Positions 15,539 to 23,468 of a DNA stretch of 64,000 nucleotides are shown here, one piece after another. The first letter of the stretch is position 1. Each line of letters starts with the position of its first letter. The stretch comes from a virus. The notes below the pieces were generated by a model, which did no database searches, was not told the DNA's origin, and saw nothing but the letters and a program-made list of their open reading frames with translations. Both the position numbers and the translations under genes were made by a program. The DNA is taken from the IMG/VR virus record IMGVR_UViG_3300034175_000022; one strand, given 5' to 3'.

Positions 15539-15811
15539 ATGTCGAACACTTTTCAGAACTTCCAGGAGAGTCTGGTTGCTGGCGTGGAGTCCATCCTCAC
15601 TGAGATGGTCCTCGAGGAGATTGCTCCCGCCAAGGCACTCAACTACATCGAGGCTGCAACGCTGACGCTCCAGGCCTACGAGAAGCTCGTGCGCGTCAAC
15701 TCCAATAGCAACAAGGGGTACGAGTTCCAAGACTTGCCGGTCGGCGAGAAGAAGATGTACGAGAGGTCGAAGCACCTCATCGGAGTGGCAAGCAAGATCT
15801 ACAGTTCATAA
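15539..15811 (+). CDS. Hypothetical protein
   Basis: ORF track. SD TGGAGG. Confidence 0.7.
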   Translation: MSNTFQNFQESLVAGVESILTEMVLEEIAPAKALNYIEAATLTLQAYEKLVRVNSNSNKGYEFQDLPVGEKKMYERSKHLIGVASKIYSS

Positions 15812-15819
15812 GGGGAGCG

Positions 15820-15939
15820 ATGGCCTACGACGAAAAGACAAAGAAGATGCTGCTCGCGTACACCAATGGCTATATGCACAGGGCGCCTTGTCTCACTGGG
15901 CGGACGACGAGCATAAGACACTGCCCGACCAGTACTTGA
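15820..15939 (+). CDS. Short ORF (39 aa); coding signal appears to change frame inside it
   Basis: ATG after AAGGGGAG. See finding 15820-15947. Confidence 0.3.
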   Translation: MAYDEKTKKMLLAYTNGYMHRAPCLTGRTTSIRHCPTST

Positions 15940-15943
15940 GTCG

Positions 15944-16573
15944 ATGAAGCACTGGCACGGGATCACGCCGACTGGCAACGTCGGCTCACGCAGCCAGTAC
16001 TTGTTTGCCTGTGAGGTAGACCAGTGCTGGTACCGACTGACCTGCACGACGGAAGACGAAGCGAAAAAGCTTCAGGCCGAACATCACTGCCCCTGGAACG
16101 GTGGCGAGACGAAGGTGGGACTCATGGTATCACCAACACTGCTCGAGCAGATCTGGTTCAAGCTGGACGCTCGCGTGGATGAGATCAGGTCACAGCAGGA
16201 CACAGCCTACGCTAAGGCGCAAGCAGCTGCAATCGCCGAGGTGCTCGTGCTGTTCATGTCACCTCACTTCACGACCACGGCTGAGATCAGCGCCGAGGCG
16301 CTCCGTCGCTACAAGGCTCGCATCGACGGCGACAAGGAGTACGAGACGATCGGTCTCAACAAGCGTCGGCTCGAGATGCCTCCGTCGTCGCGCACGTCAC
16401 CGACGCCTCGCACCACACAGCCGGTCAACAAGAAGATCTCCACCAAGCTCAGTGCGTCCGACCAGCAGACCATCAAGATGTACGCAGCGATGGACGGTTT
16501 CACTCACGCTGACATCGCCAAGCTCTACAAGGTCAGCGAGCAGGAGATCGCAGCCATCGCAGCTGCACCCTGA
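15944..16573 (+). CDS. Hypothetical protein with a C-terminal HTH-like segment
   Basis: ORF track. The C-terminus LSASDQQTIKMYAAMDGFTHADIAKLYKVSEQEI resembles a sigma-r4/LuxR-type HTH. Confidence 0.7.
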   Translation: MKHWHGITPTGNVGSRSQYLFACEVDQCWYRLTCTTEDEAKKLQAEHHCPWNGGETKVGLMVSPTLLEQIWFKLDARVDEIRSQQDTAYAKAQAAAIAEVLVLFMSPHFTTTAEISAEALRRYKARIDGDKEYETIGLNKRRLEMPPSSRTSPTPRTTQPVNKKISTKLSASDQQTIKMYAAMDGFTHADIAKLYKVSEQEIAAIAAAP

Positions 16574-16581
16574 AGTCCATG

Positions 16582-16610
16582 TTGCATCCCCTTACAGTCT
16601 AGTGTAGGCT
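16582..16610 (+). promoter_or_regulatory. Promoter TTGCAT-17-TAGGCT with TACAGTCT block
   Basis: -35 at 16582-16587, TACAGTCT at 16593-16600, -10 at 16605-16610. Confidence 0.65.
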
Positions 16611-16639
16611 AGACCTAGCACATCACACGGAGGCCCAAG

Positions 16640-17095
16640 TTGCAGACATTCTTGCCATACCCCGACTACGCCGAGAGCGCCAAGGTTCTCGACATGTCCC
16701 GCCTCGGCAAGCAGCGCGTCGAGGTCATCCAGATCTTCAACGTGCTCCACGAGATCGACGGGGCACACCTCAAGCCGCACGGCAGGCACCCGGCGTGTCT
16801 CATGTGGAAGGGATACGAGATCCAGCTGGCCGAGTACGGCCTGACCATCTGCGAGGAGTGGATCGGTCGCGGCTACAAGGACACCTGCTTCGACAAGATC
16901 AGCTACCACCTCGAGATGGCGTCGTCCGGTGACTCGACCATGACGCCGCCGCCCTGGTTCGGCAATCCCGACTTTCACATCGCCCACCAGAGCAACCTGC
17001 TCCGCAAAGATCCCGACTACTACCGGCCCTTCTTCGGCGAGGAAGTTCCCGACGACCTGCCGTACATCTGGCCGACCCACTCGGGACTGATGTAG
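16640..17095 (+). CDS. Pyrimidine-dimer DNA glycosylase (T4 endoV / Pyr_excise)-like protein; function tentative
   Basis: TTG start after ACGGAGG. The pattern LD..RLGKQR.E..QI ... HP...MW.GY...L..YG...C.EW..RGY.D recalls bacterial Pyr_excise members. Confidence 0.6.
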   Translation: MQTFLPYPDYAESAKVLDMSRLGKQRVEVIQIFNVLHEIDGAHLKPHGRHPACLMWKGYEIQLAEYGLTICEEWIGRGYKDTCFDKISYHLEMASSGDSTMTPPPWFGNPDFHIAHQSNLLRKDPDYYRPFFGEEVPDDLPYIWPTHSGLM

Positions 17096-17097
17096 CC

Positions 17098-17514
17098 ATG
17101 AAGTCCAGCTCGGTCGAGGAGTGCATGATCTGCGAGCAGATTCCCTGCACATGCTTCGCTAAGCCTCTAAAGGCGAAGCGGGTATCGGCACCGAAACGGA
17201 TTACTGTAGTCCCGACCGAGCCCGTGGTCCCGACCACAACAGCATCGACGCCGCCCGTCACCCGTGGATCGGCGCGGGGTGCTATGGCACGGGCGGCAGC
17301 ACGCAAGCAGCCCCCTGTAGCGCCTGAGGTAGTCGCCCCCGTTGGCGCTACCGTTGAGCGCGAGCTGGACCGCAACGATCCCGCCTTCATTACCGCAATC
17401 CGAGCACTCGCACCACTACTTCACGTCAGTGAGATAGCGCTCTATGCCTCGTCTCTTCGTGTCGAGACGCCCCGTGACCGAGCACAACAGTGGAGGATGA
17501 GGAGGTCGTCGTGA
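17098..17514 (+). CDS. Hypothetical protein
   Basis: ORF track. Confidence 0.65.
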   Translation: MKSSSVEECMICEQIPCTCFAKPLKAKRVSAPKRITVVPTEPVVPTTTASTPPVTRGSARGAMARAAARKQPPVAPEVVAPVGATVERELDRNDPAFITAIRALAPLLHVSEIALYASSLRVETPRDRAQQWRMRRSS

Positions 17515-17741
17515 ACTGGCTCAAGCCCAAGCCCAAGAAGGATATGAACCTCTACACGGAGACCTTCGAGGACATCATAAAGCCGCCGACCGTGAGTCCG
17601 AATACACGCGAGGCGATTCGCAACTGCATGAAGATGGACAACCCGCTTCGATGGAGGCGGATCACGAGCGACTACCGCTGGATGGAGCGGCAGATGAAGA
17701 AGTACAAGCTCAATCCCGAGGATGCGAGGTGGCTACTGTGA
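17511..17741 (+). CDS. Hypothetical protein
   Basis: GTGA coupling, in frame with ORF 17490... Confidence 0.6.
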   Translation: MNWLKPKPKKDMNLYTETFEDIIKPPTVSPNTREAIRNCMKMDNPLRWRRITSDYRWMERQMKKYKLNPEDARWLL

Positions 17742-18385
17742 CGGATAAGGCCAACCTCACCTTCTCCTGGTTGACGCCCTGCCCAGAGCACAACAACATG
17801 CTCTGGTGCAGTTGTGCTGCTAGCCGGATGAGAAACATGGAGGACGCTCCTTCGATATGGGCTGCCCTCCAGACCTTTGGGTCAGCTATGTCGTTGCTCA
17901 TTCCCATCGAGCCTGCAAACAGCTTTTTCATGAGAGTCGATCTCGTTCCAATCCGGGACTCCACTCTCGTGGACGTGTTCACCTCCAAGAACAGCCGACT
18001 GAATACTCGAGGTCACATTGGAACCCTCGCCCCTGGTGAGGGAGTGCTCAGTATCATGAGCATGTTCGCCGACTGGTGGGAGGGTAACCAGGAGGTGCTT
18101 CGAGCGAAGAGCCAGCTGCAGTGCAAGTCCAACAAGCACAACCTTGCCAAGATGCAAATAGAGTGGGACAGACGCGCCAAGGAAAGCGCGGAATCTAGGC
18201 AGCGCGAGATTCGCGAGATTCACATCTGGTACTACGGCTACTGCATCGACTGCAAGCCCATCCCATTCGAGATGAGCGATGACCTCGTTCCCCAAGATAC
18301 AAAGGAGAGTCCATTCAATGCAAGATCAGGAAGCGGTGGAGTCGAGCCCCCCTCACGTACTGGAGGCTGGAGCAACGTCGTCTGA
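17738..18385 (+). CDS. Hypothetical protein (lower-GC island)
   Basis: GTGA coupling, in frame with ORF 17651... Confidence 0.6.
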   Translation: MTDKANLTFSWLTPCPEHNNMLWCSCAASRMRNMEDAPSIWAALQTFGSAMSLLIPIEPANSFFMRVDLVPIRDSTLVDVFTSKNSRLNTRGHIGTLAPGEGVLSIMSMFADWWEGNQEVLRAKSQLQCKSNKHNLAKMQIEWDRRAKESAESRQREIREIHIWYYGYCIDCKPIPFEMSDDLVPQDTKESPFNARSGSGGVEPPSRTGGWSNVV

Positions 18386-18596
18386 CATCAAGTACATCTG
18401 CACCAGCTGTCACTCGTCCACGGCGCGTTCACTGCTCATGGTGAAGAAGGTCACCTTCTCCACGATGGGCGAGGGGCCGCGTGTCATCAAGAGCCGCCGC
18501 GTCGGTTGGCTGTGCCCGTCGTGCGTACGGGACGACGAGGCCTGGAACCTGCCTGACCTCAAGGGCCGGTCCCCTGAGATGGCAGTCAATGGCTGA
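18318..18596 (+). CDS. Zn-ribbon protein (CTSC...CPSC)
   Basis: ATG after AAAGGAGAG, in frame with ORF 18279... Confidence 0.6.
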   Translation: MQDQEAVESSPPHVLEAGATSSDIKYICTSCHSSTARSLLMVKKVTFSTMGEGPRVIKSRRVGWLCPSCVRDDEAWNLPDLKGRSPEMAVNG

Positions 18597-19221
18597 TCGT
18601 CTATTCCGAGCCGGTGCTCGTGAGAACAAGTACCGGCACAACCCCAACAGGATCACGCCAGCACGGTACGCCTGGGTGCGTAGCGTGCTGGGCACGTTCG
18701 TCATCATGCGTCACCCTGACTTGTCTGTCGTCGAAGGCGAAGAAGCTGAAGAGCTGGACGACGACGTGAAGGAGTACGACCCAGGCGATCCTGGCGAGAC
18801 GATCATCCTCACCCTTCCGATAAAGGGCCGAGGCCGTCCGCTTGCCTGGAACCTCAGTTCACTCACACACGCAGAGCTGGTAGCCATTCGCGAGTACTTC
18901 GACATCGCGTTCGAGCTGGCAGAGCCTGTGTGTATCGAAAGGGACAAGGCCGCCAATGAAGCATTCGACTCCGGTGACGACAGTGTCACTCGAATCTATC
19001 GAGCTCTTCCGGAGCTCATTGTACGAAACGGGGAGGTCGCAGAACACGGTGAAGGCCTACGGGTCGGATCTCAAGCAGTTTCTGCTCGACGTGTTCAATA
19101 CGAACCATCTCTCCGAGGGTTCTTGCGTTCTTCGGGACGCCTACGAGAGGACAGCGGCGCTGTGGCTGACCCAGACTCGCAACCGGACGAGCCCGAGGAC
19201 GACGGAGCGACGGCTGACTAG
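18589..19221 (+). CDS. Hypothetical protein whose last ~88 codons overlap the recombinase gene out of frame
   Basis: ATG overlaps the upstream stop. Past 18956 the frame has poor GC3 and no stop until 19221. Confidence 0.4.
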   Translation: MADRLFRAGARENKYRHNPNRITPARYAWVRSVLGTFVIMRHPDLSVVEGEEAEELDDDVKEYDPGDPGETIILTLPIKGRGRPLAWNLSSLTHAELVAIREYFDIAFELAEPVCIERDKAANEAFDSGDDSVTRIYRALPELIVRNGEVAEHGEGLRVGSQAVSARRVQYEPSLRGFLRSSGRLREDSGAVADPDSQPDEPEDDGATAD

Positions 19222-19810
19222 CCTCCGCGCCTTCGCTACCTGGGCTGAATGGGGAGCGATCCTCGAGGACTACAAGCTGCCTACCGCAGCCAAAGGGCGT
19301 CCTCACCCGATCCCCGAGGGTATGGCGGGCGTGCGTAAGCTAATCGAGCTCGCACGCAACGATCGACAGAAGGCACTCGTCGCATTCTGTGGCATGTGCG
19401 GGCTGCGCGTGGCTGAGGCTACTTCGGTCAAGCCTTCGCACATCGACCTGACCGAGATGCTCCTCACGGTTCGAGGCAAGGGCGACAAGACTCGGGTGAT
19501 CCCAATCAGCCCCGAGTGCTGGGAGATCATCCAGCAGGCAGTCGTGGTGGCCTTCGTCGAGGGCGACCGTTCAGTGGTGGGGATGCAGGAGCGGTTCGCT
19601 CGTCAGCTGATCACGAACCTAGGCAAGCGGGCGGGTCTACAGAGACCTATCGCGTCGCACGACCTTCGTGCTACGTTCGCCACGGCGGTGTACGATTCCA
19701 CGCGGGACCAGCGAGTCACGCAGGAACTTCTCGGTCACGCTTCGGGTGCGACTACCGAGCTTTATATCCAGGTGTCGATGAACAAGATGCGCGAGGCGGT
19801 GAAGCTGTGA
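18956..19810 (+). CDS. Tyrosine recombinase, XerC/D-like (284 aa; no arm-binding domain recognised)
   Basis: Core-binding-type N-terminus. Catalytic-region motifs GLRVAEA, HDLRATFAT, LLGHAS..TTELY. Confidence 0.9.
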   Translation: MKHSTPVTTVSLESIELFRSSLYETGRSQNTVKAYGSDLKQFLLDVFNTNHLSEGSCVLRDAYERTAALWLTQTRNRTSPRTTERRLTSLRAFATWAEWGAILEDYKLPTAAKGRPHPIPEGMAGVRKLIELARNDRQKALVAFCGMCGLRVAEATSVKPSHIDLTEMLLTVRGKGDKTRVIPISPECWEIIQQAVVVAFVEGDRSVVGMQERFARQLITNLGKRAGLQRPIASHDLRATFATAVYDSTRDQRVTQELLGHASGATTELYIQVSMNKMREAVKL

Positions 19811-20127
19811 CTTACACGACATCGGAGCGGCACGAGCTGCTTAAGAAGATCCCCTGGGTAACGTACGTCAAGAAGGGGGAGCGCTGCAAGTCTCTTCGTT
19901 CGGGTTCGCCCTTGAAGGCGTACTGCGGCGACAAGAACGGGCCGATCGACACCGAGAAGTATCAGTGCAGGAACATGGCCCACTGGAAGTTCAAGGCACT
20001 GAAGAAGAGTCACGCATACGACGGCTTCTACTGCAAGTCACACCTGATGTCTCGTGGCATCTACTGTGACACGGACGAGATGGAGCGAACGAACAAGTGG
20101 CTCGACGAGTGGAAGGACCTGTTGTGA
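19807..20127 (+). CDS. Hypothetical Cys/Lys-rich protein
   Basis: GTGA coupling to the recombinase stop, in frame with ORF 19516... Confidence 0.6.
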   Translation: MTYTTSERHELLKKIPWVTYVKKGERCKSLRSGSPLKAYCGDKNGPIDTEKYQCRNMAHWKFKALKKSHAYDGFYCKSHLMSRGIYCDTDEMERTNKWLDEWKDLL

Positions 20128-20285
20128 GAACCTTCTACGGCGATCCGAACGACGCAGTCGAAGACCTCCTCTCCGAAGGTATAGGCCCGCCGCAGATAGG
20201 TGACGAGCTATGCGAGGGTCATCAGATGCACTACGAGTGGAACGGCAGGGACTGGGGCCGTGGCCCACTGAAGAGTAAGCCATGA
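20124..20285 (+). CDS. Hypothetical small protein
   Basis: GTGA coupling. Confidence 0.45.
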   Translation: MRTFYGDPNDAVEDLLSEGIGPPQIGDELCEGHQMHYEWNGRDWGRGPLKSKP

Positions 20286-20380
20286 CACAGTGGTGCAAGA
20301 TAGTTCTCGCTGACCTCATCCGAGAAGTATGCGAGGCACTCGACAAGATGAACGCCGAACCCGAGAAGGAGGCAGAGTGA
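20282..20380 (+). CDS. 32-aa ORF
   Basis: ATGA coupling at both ends. Confidence 0.35.
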   Translation: MTQWCKIVLADLIREVCEALDKMNAEPEKEAE

Positions 20381-21189
20381 TGGCTGTCGCAACAACGAAG
20401 CAGAAGATCAAGGCGTGTTCGGCACGAATCAAGGGACCGAACCTCAAGGTCCGAGACTGCGGAACGCCCATGCTGGGCGAGCGGTGCGCGAACGGCGAGC
20501 AGCACATCCTGCCCTTCCCGACAGGGTTCTGCCAGATGGGGGCATGCGAGGGTCGGCGCAAGGAGTCGATGTCGGGCGTGATGATGAAGACCTGCTCGTG
20601 GTGGCAGCGGTGCCCCTGCGACTGCCACAAGATCTACGACACCCTGTTCGGTGACTCGGAGATGCAGCGCATCGTGGTCGACAACTCGGGCTACGAGCCG
20701 AGCCCCAGCCCGTTCTGGATGCCGTCTCCCGAGGAGCGCATCGCCATGCTCGCCGAGGCACACCAGCACAAGGACAATGCGCCTCGGGTGATCGAGAGCC
20801 CGATGCCCGAGGTCGTGCCGATGACACTGGAGCGCAGTTACAACGAGACGCCAACGGGCCGACTCGCGCCCGGTCAGCTGGAGGCGTGGGTCAAGTACCA
20901 CTGCGATGTGTGGCTGGTCGAGAAGGAGCGCTTCCCCTGCATCCCGACCTACCTGGCTGCCGAGATCGCCCGCAAGGAGGGCATCCCGCTTCCCTCTGTC
21001 GGTGCCATCGCAGCCGTGTTCGATCGGTGGGCAGCGATCGGCTTCGCGGTCACGGCGAAGAAGCCCGTCCGCTTCGAGCGCTACACCGAGGACGGCATCC
21101 GACTGGGGCTCGAGGGGTGCAAGGATCGCGCCAAGCGGAACAAGCGCGCCGCCGAGGCTCACGCCGGTCGACGGATCGGCAAGGGCTGA
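20380..21189 (+). CDS. Hypothetical protein (Cys-rich N-terminus)
   Basis: ATG overlaps the upstream TGA, in frame with ORF 20329... Confidence 0.75.
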   Translation: MAVATTKQKIKACSARIKGPNLKVRDCGTPMLGERCANGEQHILPFPTGFCQMGACEGRRKESMSGVMMKTCSWWQRCPCDCHKIYDTLFGDSEMQRIVVDNSGYEPSPSPFWMPSPEERIAMLAEAHQHKDNAPRVIESPMPEVVPMTLERSYNETPTGRLAPGQLEAWVKYHCDVWLVEKERFPCIPTYLAAEIARKEGIPLPSVGAIAAVFDRWAAIGFAVTAKKPVRFERYTEDGIRLGLEGCKDRAKRNKRAAEAHAGRRIGKG

Positions 21190-21311
21190 TGGCAACCGAG
21201 GACTGGCCTGTGCGTCCGAAGGGTGAGCTCAAGGTCATCAAGGTCGATGGCTCGCGACCCTACAGCTTCGCCAACGAGGACGACGAGGAGTTCAATCATG
21301 GCAAAGACTGA
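21189..21311 (+). CDS. 40-aa hypothetical protein
   Basis: ATG overlaps the upstream TGA. Confidence 0.4.
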   Translation: MATEDWPVRPKGELKVIKVDGSRPYSFANEDDEEFNHGKD

Positions 21312-21618
21312 GGGCCTCCGCGGCGAGGACAAGTTCCTCCCAACCAAGCCCGAGAAGATCGGGATGCCAGTCCGGCCTTTCCTCTTCACTATCGACCAGA
21401 TCTCAGTCATGACGCAGATGACTGAGGACAACCTCAAGCGGCACTACTTCCACTACGAGGGCCGGTCCATCGGCGCGGTCAGACGCGAGCTCATGGTGGC
21501 CCGCAACATCGCACCTCCGGACGCCCCGCCCGAGTGGCGCATCGCTGAGCGTGAGTTCATCAGATGGATGCGCTTCAAGGGCTTTCGCTACTACGACAGG
21601 GGAACCATCGTCACTTAA
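21298..21618 (+). CDS. Hypothetical protein, possible HTH
   Basis: In frame with ORF 21223... Confidence 0.6.
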   Translation: MAKTEGLRGEDKFLPTKPEKIGMPVRPFLFTIDQISVMTQMTEDNLKRHYFHYEGRSIGAVRRELMVARNIAPPDAPPEWRIAEREFIRWMRFKGFRYYDRGTIVT

Positions 21619-21646
21619 GAATCGCGCCGATAGTGCCTAGGGCTTG

Positions 21647-21672
21647 TAGGATCATCGCGCATCCTCTAGGAT
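21647..21672 (+). promoter_or_regulatory. Two TAGGAT -10-like elements 20 nt apart, with an AGGAT/ATCCT inverted repeat between them
   Basis: TAGGAT at 21647-21652 and 21667-21672, in the intergenic region before the SSB-like gene. Confidence 0.4.
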
Positions 21673-21753
21673 CATGCATGAACGACGGGGGCGTAGTCAG
21701 TCTCCTAAGAACCACAGTCAACTCATGAAGCCTGAGAGAATGGATCTGATCAA

Positions 21754-22797
21754 ATGACTGTCTCCACCACTGGCAACTCGTCGGTCGCCGGGTACGATCC
21801 CGCCTCGAACCTCGGCTTCGAGGACGTGGATGCAAGCGATCTCCAGATGCCGCGCCTGCGGATCGACGGGCCGAAGGCTCTGTTCGTCGACTCCCTGACG
21901 CAGAAGGAGTACCCCGCTCTCGACGTGGTGATCCTCGGCCTGGTCAAGGGTCGCGTCATGTGGAACAAGGTCGTGGACGACGGCGACCGCCCCATGTGCA
22001 AGTCGCCCGACACCGAGAACGGCTTTCCCAACGTCTCGGAGCAGACTCCCCGGTCCAAGCGCTTCCCGTTCAGCATCTCGAACTTCCAGCCCCAGGACTT
22101 CCCCGCCGAGCAGGGGATCAACGGCCACGTCACGCTCCCCTGTGGCAGCTGCAAGTTCAAGGAGTGGGGCAAGGACGAGGACGGTAAGTCGACGCCCCCG
22201 CCGTGCGCCGAGCAGCACATCTTCCCGCTGCTCTACCTCGATCCCGAGGACGGCAGCATGAACCCGGCGATCCTCACCCTGAAGGGGTCAGGCATCAAGC
22301 CCTCGAAGGCGTACGTCGGTGGCTTCATGCGGACGCGCCAGCCGATGTTCTCGGTGATGACGCACCTCACGCTCCAGCCGATGAACCGTGGGTCAGTCAA
22401 CTACGCCGTGCCGATCCTCCGTCGCGGCGAGGTCACCGACCAGGAGGAGTGGGGCGAGTACGCGAACCTCTACTACAGCTCGCGTGACTACCTCCGTCAG
22501 CCGCCTCGTCCCGGCGAGGACGCTGGCGACGGTTCGGGTGCGGCACAGCCCGCTGCGTCCTCGAACGTCAACGCCGCCCCGACCACGGCAGCCCCGGCAA
22601 CGGTCGCTGCTGCCCCTGTGACGGCCCCAACGGTCACCCCGGCACCCGTGGTCACCCCGGCGGCTACCGAGCCCGCAGGTGACCCGTGGGCGACCGGCCC
22701 CTCCGGTGCCCCGGCTGCATCCGCTCCTGCGCCTGCCGCCACGCCTGCTCCGGCACCCGCCGCCGCGTCTGCTCCGGACGACGACCTGCCCTTCTGA
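21754..22797 (+). CDS. Putative ssDNA-binding / recombination-associated protein with an SSB-type acidic tip (DDDLPF)
   Basis: C-terminal P/A/T-rich linker ending in DDDLPF, as in bacterial SSB (DDDIPF). The N-terminal domain is Cys-containing and not an obvious OB-fold SSB sequence. Confidence 0.75.
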   Translation: MTVSTTGNSSVAGYDPASNLGFEDVDASDLQMPRLRIDGPKALFVDSLTQKEYPALDVVILGLVKGRVMWNKVVDDGDRPMCKSPDTENGFPNVSEQTPRSKRFPFSISNFQPQDFPAEQGINGHVTLPCGSCKFKEWGKDEDGKSTPPPCAEQHIFPLLYLDPEDGSMNPAILTLKGSGIKPSKAYVGGFMRTRQPMFSVMTHLTLQPMNRGSVNYAVPILRRGEVTDQEEWGEYANLYYSSRDYLRQPPRPGEDAGDGSGAAQPAASSNVNAAPTTAAPATVAAAPVTAPTVTPAPVVTPAATEPAGDPWATGPSGAPAASAPAPAATPAPAPAAASAPDDDLPF

Positions 22798-22808
22798 TCT
22801 ACCTCATC

Positions 22809-22850
22809 GCAAGGCCCCGGCACAACTCGCACTCCGTGCCGGGGCCTTGC
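22809..22850 (+). terminator. Perfect 15-bp stem terminator
   Basis: GCAAGGCCCCGGCAC-12 nt-GTGCCGGGGCCTTGC, 12 nt after the stop. Confidence 0.7.
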
Positions 22851-22883
22851 TCCAATCAGCACACTTAGAAAGAAGGAATAAAG

Positions 22884-23468
22884 ATGTTCGGATGGGGTCC
22901 AGGCGGTACGTTCGGCGAGGTTCCAGAGGAGGTCAAGGAGATGTTCGACCGTCAGCAGATGCAGCAGGAGGATGTCGTCCACGGCGTCAAGCGGCTGATC
23001 ACCGAGCTCAACAAGGACCAGCTGGTGAGCCTGCGTCATCTGCTGCGGGCCTGCGCAGGTGGCGACGACAGCGTCAGCAGCTACTACCAGGGCATCATCT
23101 CGGCTCACCTGGAGCTGCGGTACGAGGTATGTCCTGGCTGCGGCGAGGACCACGAGCAGAACATGCTGGACGAGATGGGTACGCCCGACAAGGTGGAGCT
23201 CGCCCCGACGCCACCCGACGATGTCAAGCGGTCCACGGAGATCGACGGTCAGCTCGAGCTGGACCTGGAGACGGTCACCGAGAACAAGATCGACGAAGAG
23301 GGTGGGCCGCTCGAGCAGCTCATGAAGTACTACGGGCTCAACGCTTCACTCAACCAGCCCGGCTACGAGTGCGAGCACTGCAAGATGTTCTTCCGCTCGA
23401 TCAAGGACCGCACCTCCCTCGACCGTGACGCCTGCCCCGGCTGCCAGCACAGATCTGCATGGGGATGA
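22884..23468 (+). CDS. Hypothetical protein with Zn-ribbon motifs
   Basis: ORF track. SD AGAAAGAAGGA. CPGC...CEHC...CPGC. Confidence 0.7.
   Translation: MFGWGPGGTFGEVPEEVKEMFDRQQMQQEDVVHGVKRLITELNKDQLVSLRHLLRACAGGDDSVSSYYQGIISAHLELRYEVCPGCGEDHEQNMLDEMGTPDKVELAPTPPDDVKRSTEIDGQLELDLETVTENKIDEEGGPLEQLMKYYGLNASLNQPGYECEHCKMFFRSIKDRTSLDRDACPGCQHRSAWG

Noticed and set aside
18956-19810. Taking the tyrosine recombinase as proof of a temperate lifestyle
   Set aside because: There is no adjacent non-coding attP candidate and no repressor/Cro-type divergent pair, and the gene is translationally coupled inside an operon. Lifestyle cannot be inferred from this gene alone.
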